DNA from: Cladosporium halotolerans
Taxonomy: Eukaryota
NCBI RefSeq assembly: GCF_011745625.1
Contig: NW_027191470.1
Span: 434,001-486,472 of the forward strand
Direction: 5' to 3'
Length of the DNA stretch: 52,472 nucleotides
In this document: positions 25,055-37,332 of the stretch, in pieces
Numbering within the stretch: position 1 is the stretch's first letter
How the letters are laid out: every line of letters begins with the position of its first letter
Program-made: the position numbers and the translations under genes
The notes under the pieces: model-generated
Database searches by the model: none
What the model saw: only the letters and a program-made list of their open reading frames with translations
What the model was told of the DNA's origin: nothing

Positions 25055-27208
25055 ATGTTGGACGATTTCTCAATTGTCACCACGTCAGGCATCGTGCTCT
25101 GGCGCCGATCGTACGCTCCCGTATCCACGAATGTAGTCAACAGCTTGATCAACGATGTCTTCGTCGAGGAGAGACAGAAGTCTGGATCGCAAGAGGCTAC
25201 GGTGAACCCACCTTATCGGAAGGACAAATATACATTGAAATGGACGATCGCGAAGGACGTTGGCTTGGTATTTGTGGTGGGTAGGAGCGCACACGAGACG
25301 AGGCCAAGAAGCATCCAAGTTGATTCGCAAGATAGGCAGTGTACCAAAGTCTTCTTCACCTCTCCTGGGTTGACAACCTTCTCGGCGCGGCGAAAGCGCT
25401 TTTCATCAAGCAATACGGAACCGAGTTGAAGAAGCACCACCTCACAAAGCTCAACTGCCGAGGCTTTGACCAGACATTCGATGCGCTTGTGCGCAAACTG
25501 GACACTGGAAGCACCAGGCGCCAGAGCGAGGCAGACAGCGAGGGCCCAGTCGAGCTGACGCCGCCCTCGAGCTCCGCCTCGGCCGACGGAGAGGAAGCAG
25601 TTGAGCCCCCTCCTCCTGTCCCTGGCCTCAAGAAGCCAACTCTTGCGCGAAAGGTCACAGATTCTGCAATCGAGGATACAACAAGCACAGATGCTACTCC
25701 GGTACCTACACCAGATGCTTCGCGACCTGGAACTCCTGCAAGCCCATCGCACCTACTTACAGGGAAAGCCGGGCCTGGAAAGGCTTCAAGGAGGGCGAGA
25801 AAGGCACAAGGGTTGGCGAACTCTGCACCGGTATCTTCGGGCGATGAGGCCTCAGGAAAGAGAACGGTTAAGAGCGGCAAAGCCAGCGTTAAATCGAAGA
25901 GACGATGGGATGCAGATGGATTTGCCGTTGAGGGAGATGATGATGTTGTATTGGACTACAGTGCACCGGCAGCATCTGGAAACGATGGAGAGCGCGAGTT
26001 GGATGTCGAAGATGTCAAGGCTGAGGACATGGGACAGCGGACAGGCAAGGGCCAGTTCGTGCTCAAGGATCTTGACGATGAGGTGGAAGCTATTCTGGCC
26101 TCTTCCTCGAAAAAGCAAGCTGCACCTGAAGAGACGACTAGCGAAAGCAGTGGCCTATTCGGAACGGCGAGCAGCAAGATCACAGGGATGTTCAGAAACG
26201 TCGTTGGTGGAAAGACTCTGAGCAAAGAAGACTTGCGACAGCCGCTCTTGCAAATGGAGAATTTCCTTGTCGAGAAAAACGTCGCGAGAGAAGCAGCCGT
26301 CCGTCTCTGCCAAAGCGTCGAAACCGACCTTCTCAACCAGAAGACTGGATCTTTCGCCTCTATCGATAAGACCATCCGCGAGAGCATGGGTAAGGCACTC
26401 ACTCGCATCCTGACTCCTACATCATCTTTCGACCTTCTTCGAAATATCACACGCACGATCGAGCCTCCGAACGCACGCCCCTATGTCATCAGCATCGTCG
26501 GAGTCAACGGCGTTGGAAAGTCCACCAACCTAAGCAAGATCGCTTATTTCCTCCTCCAGAATCAGCTTCGCGTACTCGTAGTAGCTGCCGACACTTTCCG
26601 TTCCGGTGCCGTCGAGCAACTCCGCGTACACGTCCGCAACCTTGGTGAGCTCAGCCGTCGTGAACAAGTCGGTACCGTCGACTTGTTCGAGCAGGGTTAT
26701 GGCAAGGACGCCGCTACTGTTGCGCGTGATGCGGTAGCTCACGCTACCAATGCTGGCAAAGGGGAGATGCTTTATGACGTTGTGCTCATTGATACTGCTG
26801 GTCGACGACACAACGACACAAGGTTGATGAGTTCTTTGACCAAGTTCGGCCAGCTGGCAAACCCCGACAAGATCTTCATGGTCGGCGAGGCGCTTGTCGG
26901 ATCAGACTCTGTTGCCCAAGCGAGGAACTTTGCAAAGGAATTTGTGGATACTAAAGTAAGTGCACTTCCCAAAATATCAAAAGTGAACAACCTGCTAACA
27001 TTAGATGCAGGGTCAACTACGCAACAACGGTGTCGGCATGGATGGCTTCATCATTTCGAAGTGCGATACCGTCGGCGACATGGTCGGCACGCTTGTCAGC
27101 ATGGTGCACGCGACTGGCATTCCCGTTGTCTTCTTGGGCGTGGGCCAACATTATGGCGACCTCAGAGGACTGAACGTCGGGTGGGCTGTGGACAAATTGA
27201 TGAAATGA
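25055..27208 (+). CDS. SRP101: Signal recognition particle receptor alpha subunit; join(25055..25276,25336..26955,27011..27208)
   Basis: N-terminal longin-type MLDDFSIVTTSGIVLW; SRP-GTPase motifs GVNGVGKSTNLSK, DTFRSGAVEQL, DTAGR, SKCDT and GVGQHYGDL. Confidence 0.95.
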
Positions 27209-27383
27209 TTCCATAATATGATACCTGTGTTTTTATACCATCCTTCATATAGTACCAGCCGGAGACCAGATGACCGCTACCCATTATTACCCCAAACACC
27301 TTTGCTCAATGTTCCGATCCAAGATACACCCCTTAATTCACCTAAGTAAGTTGCAATCCTGGATAATACCCTAATGGCTGGGT

Positions 27384-28418
27384 CTAACTCCCCTCCATCT
27401 TAATCTTCTTCAATTCGGGGCCAGAGTCTTCGTTGTCCTGGTGTGGACGTTTGTTCGGCACCCAACCCCTCTTCTCGATCCAACTCCGCCCTTGATCAAA
27501 ACCATCCATATTCTCATGCTGGCCTCGAATGACTGCTTGTCCAAAGCTTGGAGCGTCAATGCCGCTACTCGGCTTTGGATGCTTTGTGGTTTCCTCGGAC
27601 TTTGGCGTATCATTCAAAAGCGGAAGATTTCGTCTGACCGCCACCACCGCAACGGGACCTCTGAACAGCTTGTATTCATCAATCACTTTGCCAAGCTCTT
27701 TGCTGGTGGCCTTCGCACCTGTCGAACTTTTCGAGCCGCTGTTGCCCTTGCAAGGTTTGCGCTCGGCTATCCACCGCGCCTGAGCTGACTCCAGCTTCAC
27801 AGGGATGATCTCATCGTCATCTTCATCCTCATCATCCTCGATGGGCTCATTGCGGACAGAATTCAAGACCTTATCTGTGAGAGCCAACTTGTGATGATCC
27901 CTCGCCCCCTTCTGCACAGTCCCCACCTGAATGGGCTTAAACCCCTCGAATTCTCGGTACGAGCAGCTCACGTAGGAGCCCCGTTGAATCAAGAAGTCAA
28001 TCTGAGCCAGAGCTGCTCGCTCTTTCGCAATTTCCTGCTCCTCCTCCGACATATGTTTTGCTTCTTGACCCCATGTTGCCTTTTCGCGAGCTCTCAGGAT
28101 CGCATTCTTGTCATTGTCGAGTTTCTTGATGAGGTCTGCTTTGACCTCCTTCACGAGGCGATCTCGCTTGTCTTGTTTCCTGACATGTTTTGCCTTTTCT
28201 TCCTGGATCGAGGAAGTGGTGAGAGGAGGACTCTGTAACATGTCGGGGGCTGAAGGGAGCTCTGAAGTATCCCTTTGGGAGATGCTGTCCTGGCTGCTAT
28301 CCTGCTCGGAGGAAGACGACTTATCGTGCGAAAAGCCCTTCGGCTTGGTTGAGAGGGAGGAAAACAAGCCTCGATAGGCTGGACCTGTTTTGCGGGCGGC
28401 GTTTCTTGCCGCACCCAT
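27384..28418 (-). CDS. Hypothetical protein (344 aa), charged, with a possible C-terminal NLS
   Basis: Single long ORF filling the gap between SRP101 and RAD1; no recognisable domain. Confidence 0.6.
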   Translation of the reverse strand: MGAARNAARKTGPAYRGLFSSLSTKPKGFSHDKSSSSEQDSSQDSISQRDTSELPSAPDMLQSPPLTTSSIQEEKAKHVRKQDKRDRLVKEVKADLIKKLDNDKNAILRAREKATWGQEAKHMSEEEQEIAKERAALAQIDFLIQRGSYVSCSYREFEGFKPIQVGTVQKGARDHHKLALTDKVLNSVRNEPIEDDEDEDDDEIIPVKLESAQARWIAERKPCKGNSGSKSSTGAKATSKELGKVIDEYKLFRGPVAVVAVRRNLPLLNDTPKSEETTKHPKPSSGIDAPSFGQAVIRGQHENMDGFDQGRSWIEKRGWVPNKRPHQDNEDSGPELKKIKMEGS

Positions 28419-28908
28419 TGGGATGTTGTTGATGTGGCGTTCTCGACAATCTTGAGTATCTCCTAATGACGTCGTAGCATTTGACTGACCTTGGAGATAA
28501 TGGGTATCAAGAGACTTGCGGAGGAGGTGATTGTCAACGGCGGACTATGTGAGCTAATCGCAGGTGGATGCCAAAATCACGGAGTGATGCAATTCGCAGC
28601 TGGGGGGGTGTTGGTCGAGATAGCACCAAGAGCTACGAGTGCCGAGTGATCAGAATGAAGCCTTATGGCTAGGTGGCTGTCCACTCGCGCCCTGATGCTG
28701 TTGATCGCTTGGTATACGTATGTCTGAGCTCGTCACGGAAATAAAAGCTTAGTCGATTCGCCAAGTGACAAACAGACACAGCAATACAATCTGAATTCAA
28801 TCACGGTCAGATCGGATGAATGATGAGCTACTGATCCTCATAAGACGCATGTGAAATTGACATAGAAGCATCACGTGTCAAGTGACGAAGTGACGGGCCA
28901 AACGGAAG

Positions 28909-31719
28909 CTATTCATCGGGCCCTCCCTCATCCCAAACGCTGCGATCGAAGAAATATCGAATCTGCCGTGCCGCTTCCTTTCCGATCTTGCCAGCAAGTT
29001 CGCTTTCCTCCGCACTGGCCACCGCGTGCACGTTCTCATAGTCCAACACCAGCCTGGCGAGGTTTTTGTTGGTGACACCGGGCACTGCGCGAAGCATTTC
29101 CTGAGGCGTCTGGTTGAATGTCTTCGACTCTGGGTCCTCTCCGTCTTCGAGGCCGGCTTGGACGGCTTTGATAGGATCTGGCTCGTCTTGCTGCTTTTTT
29201 AGCTCTTCGAAAATCTCGGCTGTTTGGTACGGAGAGCTGGACCAGATGATGCGGAGGCGAGGAAACGCGAGGGTGAGCAGGACGAGCTTGCTCTGGAGGT
29301 CTGAATCAGCCGGCCCTGCGTTTCCGATAGTCGCACTTAGATTTGCGAAGGGCTCGAGAGTGAAAGCTTTCTGCTGGTCGAATTCGATGAGGAGCATAGG
29401 GTTCTTGTAATGCTGAAACATCGTCTCTGCTTGGTTGTACAGACGGCCATCCTGGAAGGAGCTAATCAAGTCCTTGACGCTTTTGCGCTCAACACAGATA
29501 TTGGGTGTCAGAACATAATCGCCCACCGTCAGCATGCAAGGGACAACGATCATGTTGCGGCCGTGACACAAGCTCGGCAAGCTGCTGCGGAACTCTCGGA
29601 CATCCACCACTACCCGAGGTGGCTCAGCAGTCGCTGCTAAGCGGCCGCCGCCAGCAATACGGGTATTGACAGTCCGAAGGAAGCTCTCTTGTGGGTCCAG
29701 ATTAGCGCCTTCGTGCGTGAAGGTCAGAGCCATGTTGCCGCGCTCTCGAATCAATTTGGCGAACGAGTCCTTCTCTCTCCTGACTGCGGAGAGGTATCTC
29801 TGTTCTTCCACACTCCCACCATAATACATAAAGTACACTCGGACTTGTCGATTAGCGTGGCTGCTCCGGTAAACTTCGATGCGGCGAATGAAGGCAGCGT
29901 CTGGCTCGTACATGACCACATAGCGAGGCTTGATTTCCTCCAGCAGGTGGTCGTCCATATCTCCGTCGTAAGGGTGCACTACAATTACATCTTTCATATC
30001 GTACAGTTCGTAAAATTCGTCCATGTCGTCAAGGGGATCGGCCCCGATATCGACTTTCGATGTGACAGTGCTTTCCAGCTCGCTCGGGGCGAGTTCTTGC
30101 ATCAAGCTTTGAATGTGCGCATCTTTGTCTCCTGCAACGTTTATACTGCCGTTTGCTGTTCGCAGGGGGGCTGATGCAGCACTGCCTCCACCGCGGATCC
30201 TGCGTCGTTTGTTGGGCGGTCCTCGACCCCGATAAGAATTTCCGGAGGTGTTCGATGAGTTGCCATTGATGGCTTTCTGGTTCTCCGAGAATAGGTTGTT
30301 ACTGACGCGAGCGAAGTCCCGTTTCCAACCCAAGTAGTTATGTAATTTTCTTCGCATCATCATCTTACCACTCGGTTTGCTCTCCATTCCATCGTCGTCG
30401 TTGTCATCACCGCCTGCGTGCATGGTTTGAAGATACTCGCGAATTTGTCTGCAAGTGTCTTGGTCGCCACACATGATCAGAATTCCTCCATTCGACTCGT
30501 CTTGGGCTGACGGGTTGAAATAGACGTCTCGTTCGATTTCTTCCAGAATCTCGGCGAGGAGACCCCACTTTGGCATCTCTTCTAGCACTGGGTTCAGACC
30601 GTCTTTTACCGCAGCGCCATCGGTCAGCTTGCCCGAGTACACTCGTCGTTTAGCGGTATCAAACAGAGTGTGAGCGGCGTCCAGAAATAGCCAGGGTGAC
30701 TGATTCTGGCGCGTCGACCCTGCGGCTGGAGATGATGCCGCCAGTACAGTGTCGAGGAACTTGTTGAAAGCGACAGCGTCGTAAGTGAGAAGGGCGTGAA
30801 GGATGGTTCGAAGGATCGATAGGTCACGAACGATCTGCCTTGTGCGGTACGTCGTCCGGTGCCATACAGGATCAAGCTGCCGTCGGATGATCGAATCGAA
30901 GTTTCGGTGCAACGCGCTGTCCAGATTCCAATCGTCCATTTCCAGTCCTGTGTTTCCCTTCTTGAGCTCCATGATCGATACCTCCACGCACTCCATGACG
31001 GCGTTCTGAATGTCCCGCATTGCATCCGTCATAGGCACCTCCAGCTCAATAACCTCAGCTTTCCTCCTGCCCTCCAGAGACTTCGCGACTGTTACATGAA
31101 ATCTTGGGAACAATATCGGTTTGCGAAGGAAAAGATTCTTTAGAATGCCGGTCAAAGGCTGGAAGCCGGAAGTGAACGGCTCAGGCTGGTCTGAAAAGGC
31201 TTTGAGGAAGCCCTTCTTGTTCTTCTGCCTAAATATTCGAATGATGAATGCCTCCAGACTGGTGGTAGAGATGCGCTCAGCGTGCAGTGCAATCAAGCCT
31301 GTCACAGTCTCTGGATTGAGTAACCCAGACAGAAAGTCTACAATCAGAATTCGACTGGTGATGCTGAATATCCCGCCTCCGGCGTACATCTTCTCTCTTG
31401 TGCCCACGCTCATCAGGTCTGTATTGACCAAACGCAGACCCCGGCATTTCGGGCTGCCGCTAATCGTTGCATGTTCTGCCAGCGCCTCGCCCAACCACAT
31501 ATTCTCCCTATCTTCCGCGCCGACGAGCAGGATGAGACTGTTTCCAGCAGCATCGTAGCTATGCAACAAGTTCGCGACGAGCCGCGGTAGGCCTAGGCCA
31601 CGCGCAAGGACCAGGAGCGCATCTTCTTCCCTCAGCTCATGGAAGATCTCTTGCTGGAACTCCAGCGGCAGGGAGAGCCTCACGGGCGGGTCGGCGGAGG
31701 CATCTTTTGCGTCCGGCAT
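28909..31719 (-). CDS. RAD1: DNA repair endonuclease XPF (Rad1/Rad16/MEI-9)
   Basis: LARGLGL, GGIFSITSRILIVD, VVVDVREFRSSLP, VGDYVL, the ERKSVKDL nuclease motif and C-terminal HhH. ATG at 31719 preferred over the ORF-track start. Confidence 0.96.
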   Translation of the reverse strand: MPDAKDASADPPVRLSLPLEFQQEIFHELREEDALLVLARGLGLPRLVANLLHSYDAAGNSLILLVGAEDRENMWLGEALAEHATISGSPKCRGLRLVNTDLMSVGTREKMYAGGGIFSITSRILIVDFLSGLLNPETVTGLIALHAERISTTSLEAFIIRIFRQKNKKGFLKAFSDQPEPFTSGFQPLTGILKNLFLRKPILFPRFHVTVAKSLEGRRKAEVIELEVPMTDAMRDIQNAVMECVEVSIMELKKGNTGLEMDDWNLDSALHRNFDSIIRRQLDPVWHRTTYRTRQIVRDLSILRTILHALLTYDAVAFNKFLDTVLAASSPAAGSTRQNQSPWLFLDAAHTLFDTAKRRVYSGKLTDGAAVKDGLNPVLEEMPKWGLLAEILEEIERDVYFNPSAQDESNGGILIMCGDQDTCRQIREYLQTMHAGGDDNDDDGMESKPSGKMMMRRKLHNYLGWKRDFARVSNNLFSENQKAINGNSSNTSGNSYRGRGPPNKRRRIRGGGSAASAPLRTANGSINVAGDKDAHIQSLMQELAPSELESTVTSKVDIGADPLDDMDEFYELYDMKDVIVVHPYDGDMDDHLLEEIKPRYVVMYEPDAAFIRRIEVYRSSHANRQVRVYFMYYGGSVEEQRYLSAVRREKDSFAKLIRERGNMALTFTHEGANLDPQESFLRTVNTRIAGGGRLAATAEPPRVVVDVREFRSSLPSLCHGRNMIVVPCMLTVGDYVLTPNICVERKSVKDLISSFQDGRLYNQAETMFQHYKNPMLLIEFDQQKAFTLEPFANLSATIGNAGPADSDLQSKLVLLTLAFPRLRIIWSSSPYQTAEIFEELKKQQDEPDPIKAVQAGLEDGEDPESKTFNQTPQEMLRAVPGVTNKNLARLVLDYENVHAVASAEESELAGKIGKEAARQIRYFFDRSVWDEGGPDE

Positions 31720-32231
31720 GGCCAGGGTCGGCGAGGTAAGGTGGCATGTGTGAGACGCATGCAGCTGTCGCGACTGCACGAATGATGACGCCGAGGTGTC
31801 CAAGCTTCGAATCTCCGAAGAACCTTGGAAGCTTTGGAGGCGCGCTGCACGATTTGGCGGCGCGTCATCACGTGCACTGTCCCGATTAGTAGCAGCAATA
31901 TATCCAACTGCAGTTTTCTCACTCGGTTCAATGCAGTTGACACGTCGGTCGGGTTTTCGCAAAGCCCGTTGGAGCGAGGCATTCCACTCGGCGTCTCACG
32001 ACATATATTGCTTCGGTCAGACCGACGAATGAATCCCTGTGCCAAATGGCAGACAATTTGATAAGCTGTGTGCTGGGCGAGTAGGATCGTGAGTACTGAC
32101 AGGCATAGCAGCTAACTTGCAATTGCTTTTTCGTCCGTCAATCTAACCGTGTAACCATTTCAAGATGATAAATTCACTTCAGAATGCCCGCCTCTGGCCA
32201 CTTCCAACTCATCCTCTAAACAACACAAACA

Positions 32232-33167
32232 ATGGCTTTCGAGAAAGTGATCGTTTTTGGCCCCACGGGCAACATCGGCTCCATTGCCGCCCAAACCGCC
32301 GCAAAAAAGGGCGCCCAAGTCTACCTCGCCATGCGCGACCCGAGCAAACCCATTCCCGGCCTGACCTCCTCCGCCGAGCAGGTAGGCAAGTACCAACGCG
32401 TCCAAGCCGACCTCTCCAAGCCGCAGACCGTCCGAGCTGCCGTGAGGCAGTTCGGCGTCAAAGCGGCGTTCGTGTACCTCGCACACGGCTCGCTGGACCA
32501 CATGCTGGGCACGTTCTCTGCCCTAAGGGACGGCGGCGTCGAGCACGTCGTCTTCCTCAGCTCGTGCCTGGTTCCTGCCGAGGGCCTGGAAAGCGTACCG
32601 TCTGACGATTTGATCGCGTTCTCTCATGCGCAGGCGGAGCTTGCTCTGCGGTCGATTTTCTCTACGGAGCAGGTCGTCGCGATCAGGCCGGGGGTCTTTT
32701 CGACGAATGTGCTGCAGCACAAGCCTGGAATTGATGAGCGGAAAGTCAAGCTGCTTGGGCCTGAGATCAAATTTGACTGGGTCACGAACGACGACGTCGG
32801 TGAAGTCTGTGGCACTGTGTTGGTTGAGGGACAGAGAGACGGGCAGGATGCGATTTACTTATTTGGTCCGGAGATGCTGACGCAGAAAGCCGCTTACCCG
32901 ATCGTTGGGAAAGCGTTGAACGAAAAGATCGAGGTCGTGGATGCGGGCCCCGAAGCCTGCATGCAAGAGTATGTGCAAGCTGGAATTCCGGAGCCAATGG
33001 CGAAGTATTTGGTCAAGCTCCTCGAGGAGACCATGGCCAACGGTGGCGGGATGGGTCTCACGAATGAAGTTCACATGGAAGGCGTTGACAACGTGAGGAA
33101 GTACACTGGCCACCCTGCTCTGAAGTTTGAAGAATGGGCGTTGAACAACAAGGACATCTTTGTGTAG
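32232..33167 (+). CDS. NmrA-like NAD(P)-binding atypical SDR
   Basis: Rossmann motif VIVFGPTGNIGS, then GVEHVVFLSS, IRPGVFSTN and DDVGEV. Confidence 0.85.
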   Translation: MAFEKVIVFGPTGNIGSIAAQTAAKKGAQVYLAMRDPSKPIPGLTSSAEQVGKYQRVQADLSKPQTVRAAVRQFGVKAAFVYLAHGSLDHMLGTFSALRDGGVEHVVFLSSCLVPAEGLESVPSDDLIAFSHAQAELALRSIFSTEQVVAIRPGVFSTNVLQHKPGIDERKVKLLGPEIKFDWVTNDDVGEVCGTVLVEGQRDGQDAIYLFGPEMLTQKAAYPIVGKALNEKIEVVDAGPEACMQEYVQAGIPEPMAKYLVKLLEETMANGGGMGLTNEVHMEGVDNVRKYTGHPALKFEEWALNNKDIFV

Positions 33168-33278
33168 TCTTGTGACTGGCCTCTAACGATTTTCCTTAGT
33201 GTGTTTTTCAATTTCAGCTTGATCAATTTGACGCAATTCGATATGAAGATGTGTTCGGGAGGACAACAACCTCCAGAG

Positions 33279-33398
33279 TGATTGATTGATTGATTGATTC
33301 GCAGTTGCTTGGTAGTTGATTGGTAGCTGATTGATTGATTGATTGGTTGATTGATTGAATGTCAATCTCATGTCAATTGGTGGTTGATTGCTTGCTTG
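33279..33398. repeat. Degenerate (GATT)n tetranucleotide array
   Basis: Multiple GATT/GGTT/GCTT units between two convergent 3' ends. Confidence 0.85.
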
Positions 33399-33543
33399 AG
33401 TCGGTTCCTCAGTTGATCCGGCGTGGTACCTAAAGTGTCCCAGCAAAGCCGTCTTCACGTCAACTAAACGAGCCATGCCGAGCTATTTCACCTCCGCGAT
33501 CACCTAACAACAAACGCACCCATAGCAATCACCCACCACACCC

Positions 33544-34887
33544 CTACTTAACCCTCATCCCCCTAACAAACACCCTCCCCACATTCCTATCATCCCCCGT
33601 CATCAGAAACGTCTCCCACACCCCCTCCAACCCCTCCCCCTCCTCCACACCCGTCATCCCCGAGCTCACCCCCGTCTCAACCCAAACCGCATCAAACTCC
33701 ATCCCGACCGCAAACCGCCCCACCACGCCCTCCAAACCCAACACCTCCGCCCCGCCCGCCGTCGCCAACCAAAAAGCCTGCGCCAGCGTCAGCACCTCCT
33801 CCCCGCGCCCCCCATCCATCGCGTCCCTCGCATTCGCCGCGATGATCGCCTGCCTCACGCCGTCCAGCATCGAAGCCGAAAAGCCCCCGCCGCTATCCGT
33901 CCCGAGCCCGACTTTGACGCCGGCGCGCAGGAAGGCCGCGACGGGCGCGGCCATGAAGCCCCCGCCGACGGTCATGTTGGCTACGGGGCAGTGGGCGACT
34001 CCGCACCGCAGGTCTCTGAGGCGCTGCGTTTCGCGCTCGGTCATGAGGGTGCAGTGCGCGAGGACGGAGCGGGGCGTCAGGAGGTTGAAGGAGGCGTAGA
34101 GGTCGGCTTCGGAGGCGAAGGAGGGGAAGAGGGAGCGCGTGAAGGCGATCTCTTGCTGTGCTTCGTTGAAGTGCGTTTGGATGGCGAGGGTTGGGTCGGA
34201 GGTGGCGAGTTCACCGAGGCCGGCGAGGAGCTCGGGCGTGCAGCAGATCGCGAACCGGGGGGTTAGGACGGGCTGGACGAGGGCTGAGGGGCCTTGGGGG
34301 AGGCTGTGGATGTGGGCGATGCAGGCTTTTGTTTACTCTAATGGTGTTTGGGCGGAAAGATCGCGGACTGAGTCTGGGGCGTTGCGGTCCATGTTGCATT
34401 TTCCGACGAAAGCTCGTTGGCCTTTTTCGAGGCACATGTCTGCGAGAATGCAAGTTGCTTCGGCGTGACTGGAGCCGTAGTAGGACGCCGTCGTAATCCC
34501 TTGACGCAGGAACCCATCAACACAGCTTTCGTAGGCCTTGCGGGCGTAAATGGGGTCTGCAAAGCGAGCTTCGTGCGGGAAAGTGATCTTCTCCAGCCAG
34601 TCGAGGATATGGAGGCCTTGTCCACGGCCGCGCATTGGCCATTGTGGTGCGTGATTGTGGGTGTCGATGAAGCCTGGGATGAGGAAATCACCTGGCTTTA
34701 TTATCTCCACTCGAGCATCGGCGGGTAGCTTGATATCCTCAGATGGGTAATTGTGAAATGCTGTTATCTTGCCATCCGCGTCGACGACAAGGGTAGCGTT
34801 TGGGAGGAACTCGATCTCGTTGACATTCTTCGAGTGGACGAATGCGCCTTTGTATACGGTCAATGAGCTTTCTGACGATTTGGACAT
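33544..34887 (-). pseudogene. GUD1: Guanine deaminase interrupted by an in-frame TAA at 34335..34333
   Basis: PGFIDTHNHAPQ, GQRAFVGKCNMD, then stop, then the same frame continues TKACIAHI..VLTPRFAICCT..QTHFNE..LAHC..AHCPVAN..GLGTDSGGG..GDDRNV. Confidence 0.75.
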
Positions 34888-35360
34888 GTCTAGAGTTGTG
34901 GATGTCAGTAATCGTGCTGGAGGTCCAGCTGAAGGACGTGAGTCCAATGGGGGAGCAGCGTCGCCCAGATCCGAACCTCGGGACAGCTCTAGATAAGACA
35001 GCAAGACCAGCAAGCAGGAGAGTACAGATGAACCGTGGACTGGCCAAAGGACATAGGATCAATTTTGTGTCTGAAACGATTTTCAGTGATTGGAGTGATG
35101 GCATCGAACCAACAAGACAAGCCACAATTTGAACCTTCTAGAGTTAAAAGACCTTACATATCCATGCGAATTTGGTATCATTACTGGAAACAGAAAGCAA
35201 CTCCTCCCCAAACCATATGTGCCTGCTTCTTCTTCCTGACACAAGCATCCTCTAGAATTAGACAAATTGCCCTCAAGAAGGAGAACTGAAAGCCGAAAAC
35301 GCCCTACAAGTGTCATTCTCTTCGTTTTCGCAAAGCGGCAGTACAACTCGATCGTGGCAT

Positions 35361-37332
35361 CTAGCTCCTCGGCCGTTTCGCATCCGCACCCGCCGCATCT
35401 TCTTCCGCAGCCCGCTTGCGGTCTTCTTCCCGCCATCCTGCTCCGTTGGCGACGACGGGCGTTTGGAAGTTCAGCGGGCTGGGTAGCATGTTGTTATCGC
35501 CCGACCTGCCGAATCCCCATTCGGAATAGAAAGCCGACGGGCTTGGAAGCAGTTGATCGCTCATGAAGCGTGACGGCAGAGCGGACATGGGCGTTTCGAT
35601 GTTTTCTCGGTTCGCGGCGTGCGGGTTCGTGCTCATCGGTGGGGCGGGTCGAGCGAAGGGGTTCGGTGGTCCTTGGGCGCCGGCGCTCAGGAGCGTGTTG
35701 GTCGAAGGAGAAGGCGGCGGCAGGACAACGTGAGACGGAGGGCCTTGTTGCTGGCCGCCGGCTGCAGTCTGATGTGTGTTTGAAGTGCTAGCAGCGTCCG
35801 AGTCTGCAGTTCCGGCTTCGTCACCAGAGGCCTCGCTTGGAATTTGTACCTTCAGGCGAGGGCGTTTGGCGTCGGACTGACTTGCGCCTGCTCGACCTGG
35901 AGGCCCTATTATCGGTGCACCTGGAGTGCTTGCGGTCCTTTGCGGAGGCTGAGGAGGTGGTGGCGGCTGAGGCGAACGCTGAGGCGCTGGCGCAGGTGGA
36001 GGTCTTGGTGAAAGGCCGTTGGCTTTGTCGCGGTTCATAGCAGCTACATCGATCGAGGCAGGCCGAGGTCCTCCGTCTTCCAATTTGATTGCCGGTTCAG
36101 ATCTCGACTGTTCCATCATGCCAGATGTCCCCCAATGCTGCGCAAGCAGAGATCTGCTGTCGTCAATTGGCGTGAATATGCTGTTGTGCTTCGCATGTGC
36201 AGGGAGAGGCTTTGGTTGTGGAATAGGCGGGCTGGCAAATTGCTGATGTTGAGGGGGCTGAGGAGAAGGACCAGGCGGAGGTTGATGCGGCTGCTGTTGT
36301 GGCTGTGGAGAGGCCATGGGCGGACGCTGCGGTGGAGCCTGCAACTGTTCACTGGAAGGATCCCGTTGCATCTGGGCTTGCGAGGGTTGCTGTGAGGGAA
36401 ACGCGGGTGGCATAGACTGCCGTCGATTGTCTTGCATCATAGCTTGAGTCACAGAAGGGTGGTGAGGTTGCTGGGGCGGATATGCGGGCGGGTAGGTTGC
36501 TTGCGGTGGAGGACGTTGCATCTGCGCATGCGCGGCAGCTTGTTGACTGTAGAATGGCTGGTTCGGCGCGTACGCATATGTCGGCTGAGGAGGTGGGCCC
36601 TGGGTATGTTGCGGATGGCCAGTTGGAACGAGGTTGGAGCTTGTGCGGCGAAGATGTTGCGGAGGCTGCTGCTGCGGGTGCTGCATCGGATGTTGTGAGG
36701 TTCGCGAAGAAGGTCGCGAGATGCCTGGCGGCAGGGGTGAAGGGCCTCTCTGGAACTGCGGCATGGCGCCGTTGGGCATGGGCGGCGAATTTTGCGGCGT
36801 GCCATGTCGAACATGCTGGAAACCTGGGTGGTGCTGCATGCCTGGCTGTTGCTGCTGCTGCATTATCTGGTGACGGTCCGGTGTACCTCTCGCGTCCCCA
36901 GCGTCCTCCTCTCCGCCCTCGTCATCCTCGTCGTCGTCTCCGCCGCCTTTATTAGCGAAGTCCTGAGGGCCTTTGTGTTCGTGCGCTCCGCCATACTACT
37001 CAGAGTCAGTTTCCAGCCATACTTGTCCCCCAGACTTGTGGTACGCACGTATTGGAATCTCGCGATCGTCTCGTTGATGTCACCGGAGGAGTACTCGTAG
37101 AGCTTCTTGTTGTGACCAAAAATGATGACGGCCACGTCGACCGAGCACAGGACCGAGAGCTCGTGGGCCTTCTTGAACAGTCCGCCCTTACGCTTGAGGA
37201 AGGTTACCGACCTGGAAGGGGACAAGGAGCGTTAGCAGGGCGCGCGTGGCACAGCAGGCAGGAAGGCGGCGGGGGCACGCACCGGTTGCGGTCGTCCTTG
37301 ATGGGCTTGATCTCGATCTTGCGACGACCCAT
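35361..37332 (-). CDS. rlmA: MEF2-type MADS-box transcription factor RlmA/Rlm1; exons 37332..37283, 37211..37049, 36995..35361
   Basis: [43 protein letters not shown] box; C-terminal [28 protein letters not shown] and [10 protein letters not shown]. Confidence 0.93.

Noticed and set aside
31720..31962. 81-aa N-terminal extension of RAD1 in the ORF track
   Set aside because: Non-ATG start; recognisable XPF sequence begins after the GCCATG at 31719.
33279..33398. Repeat array as CRISPR or mobile-element terminus
   Set aside because: Simple degenerate tetranucleotide microsatellite in a eukaryote; no spacers, TIRs or transposase.
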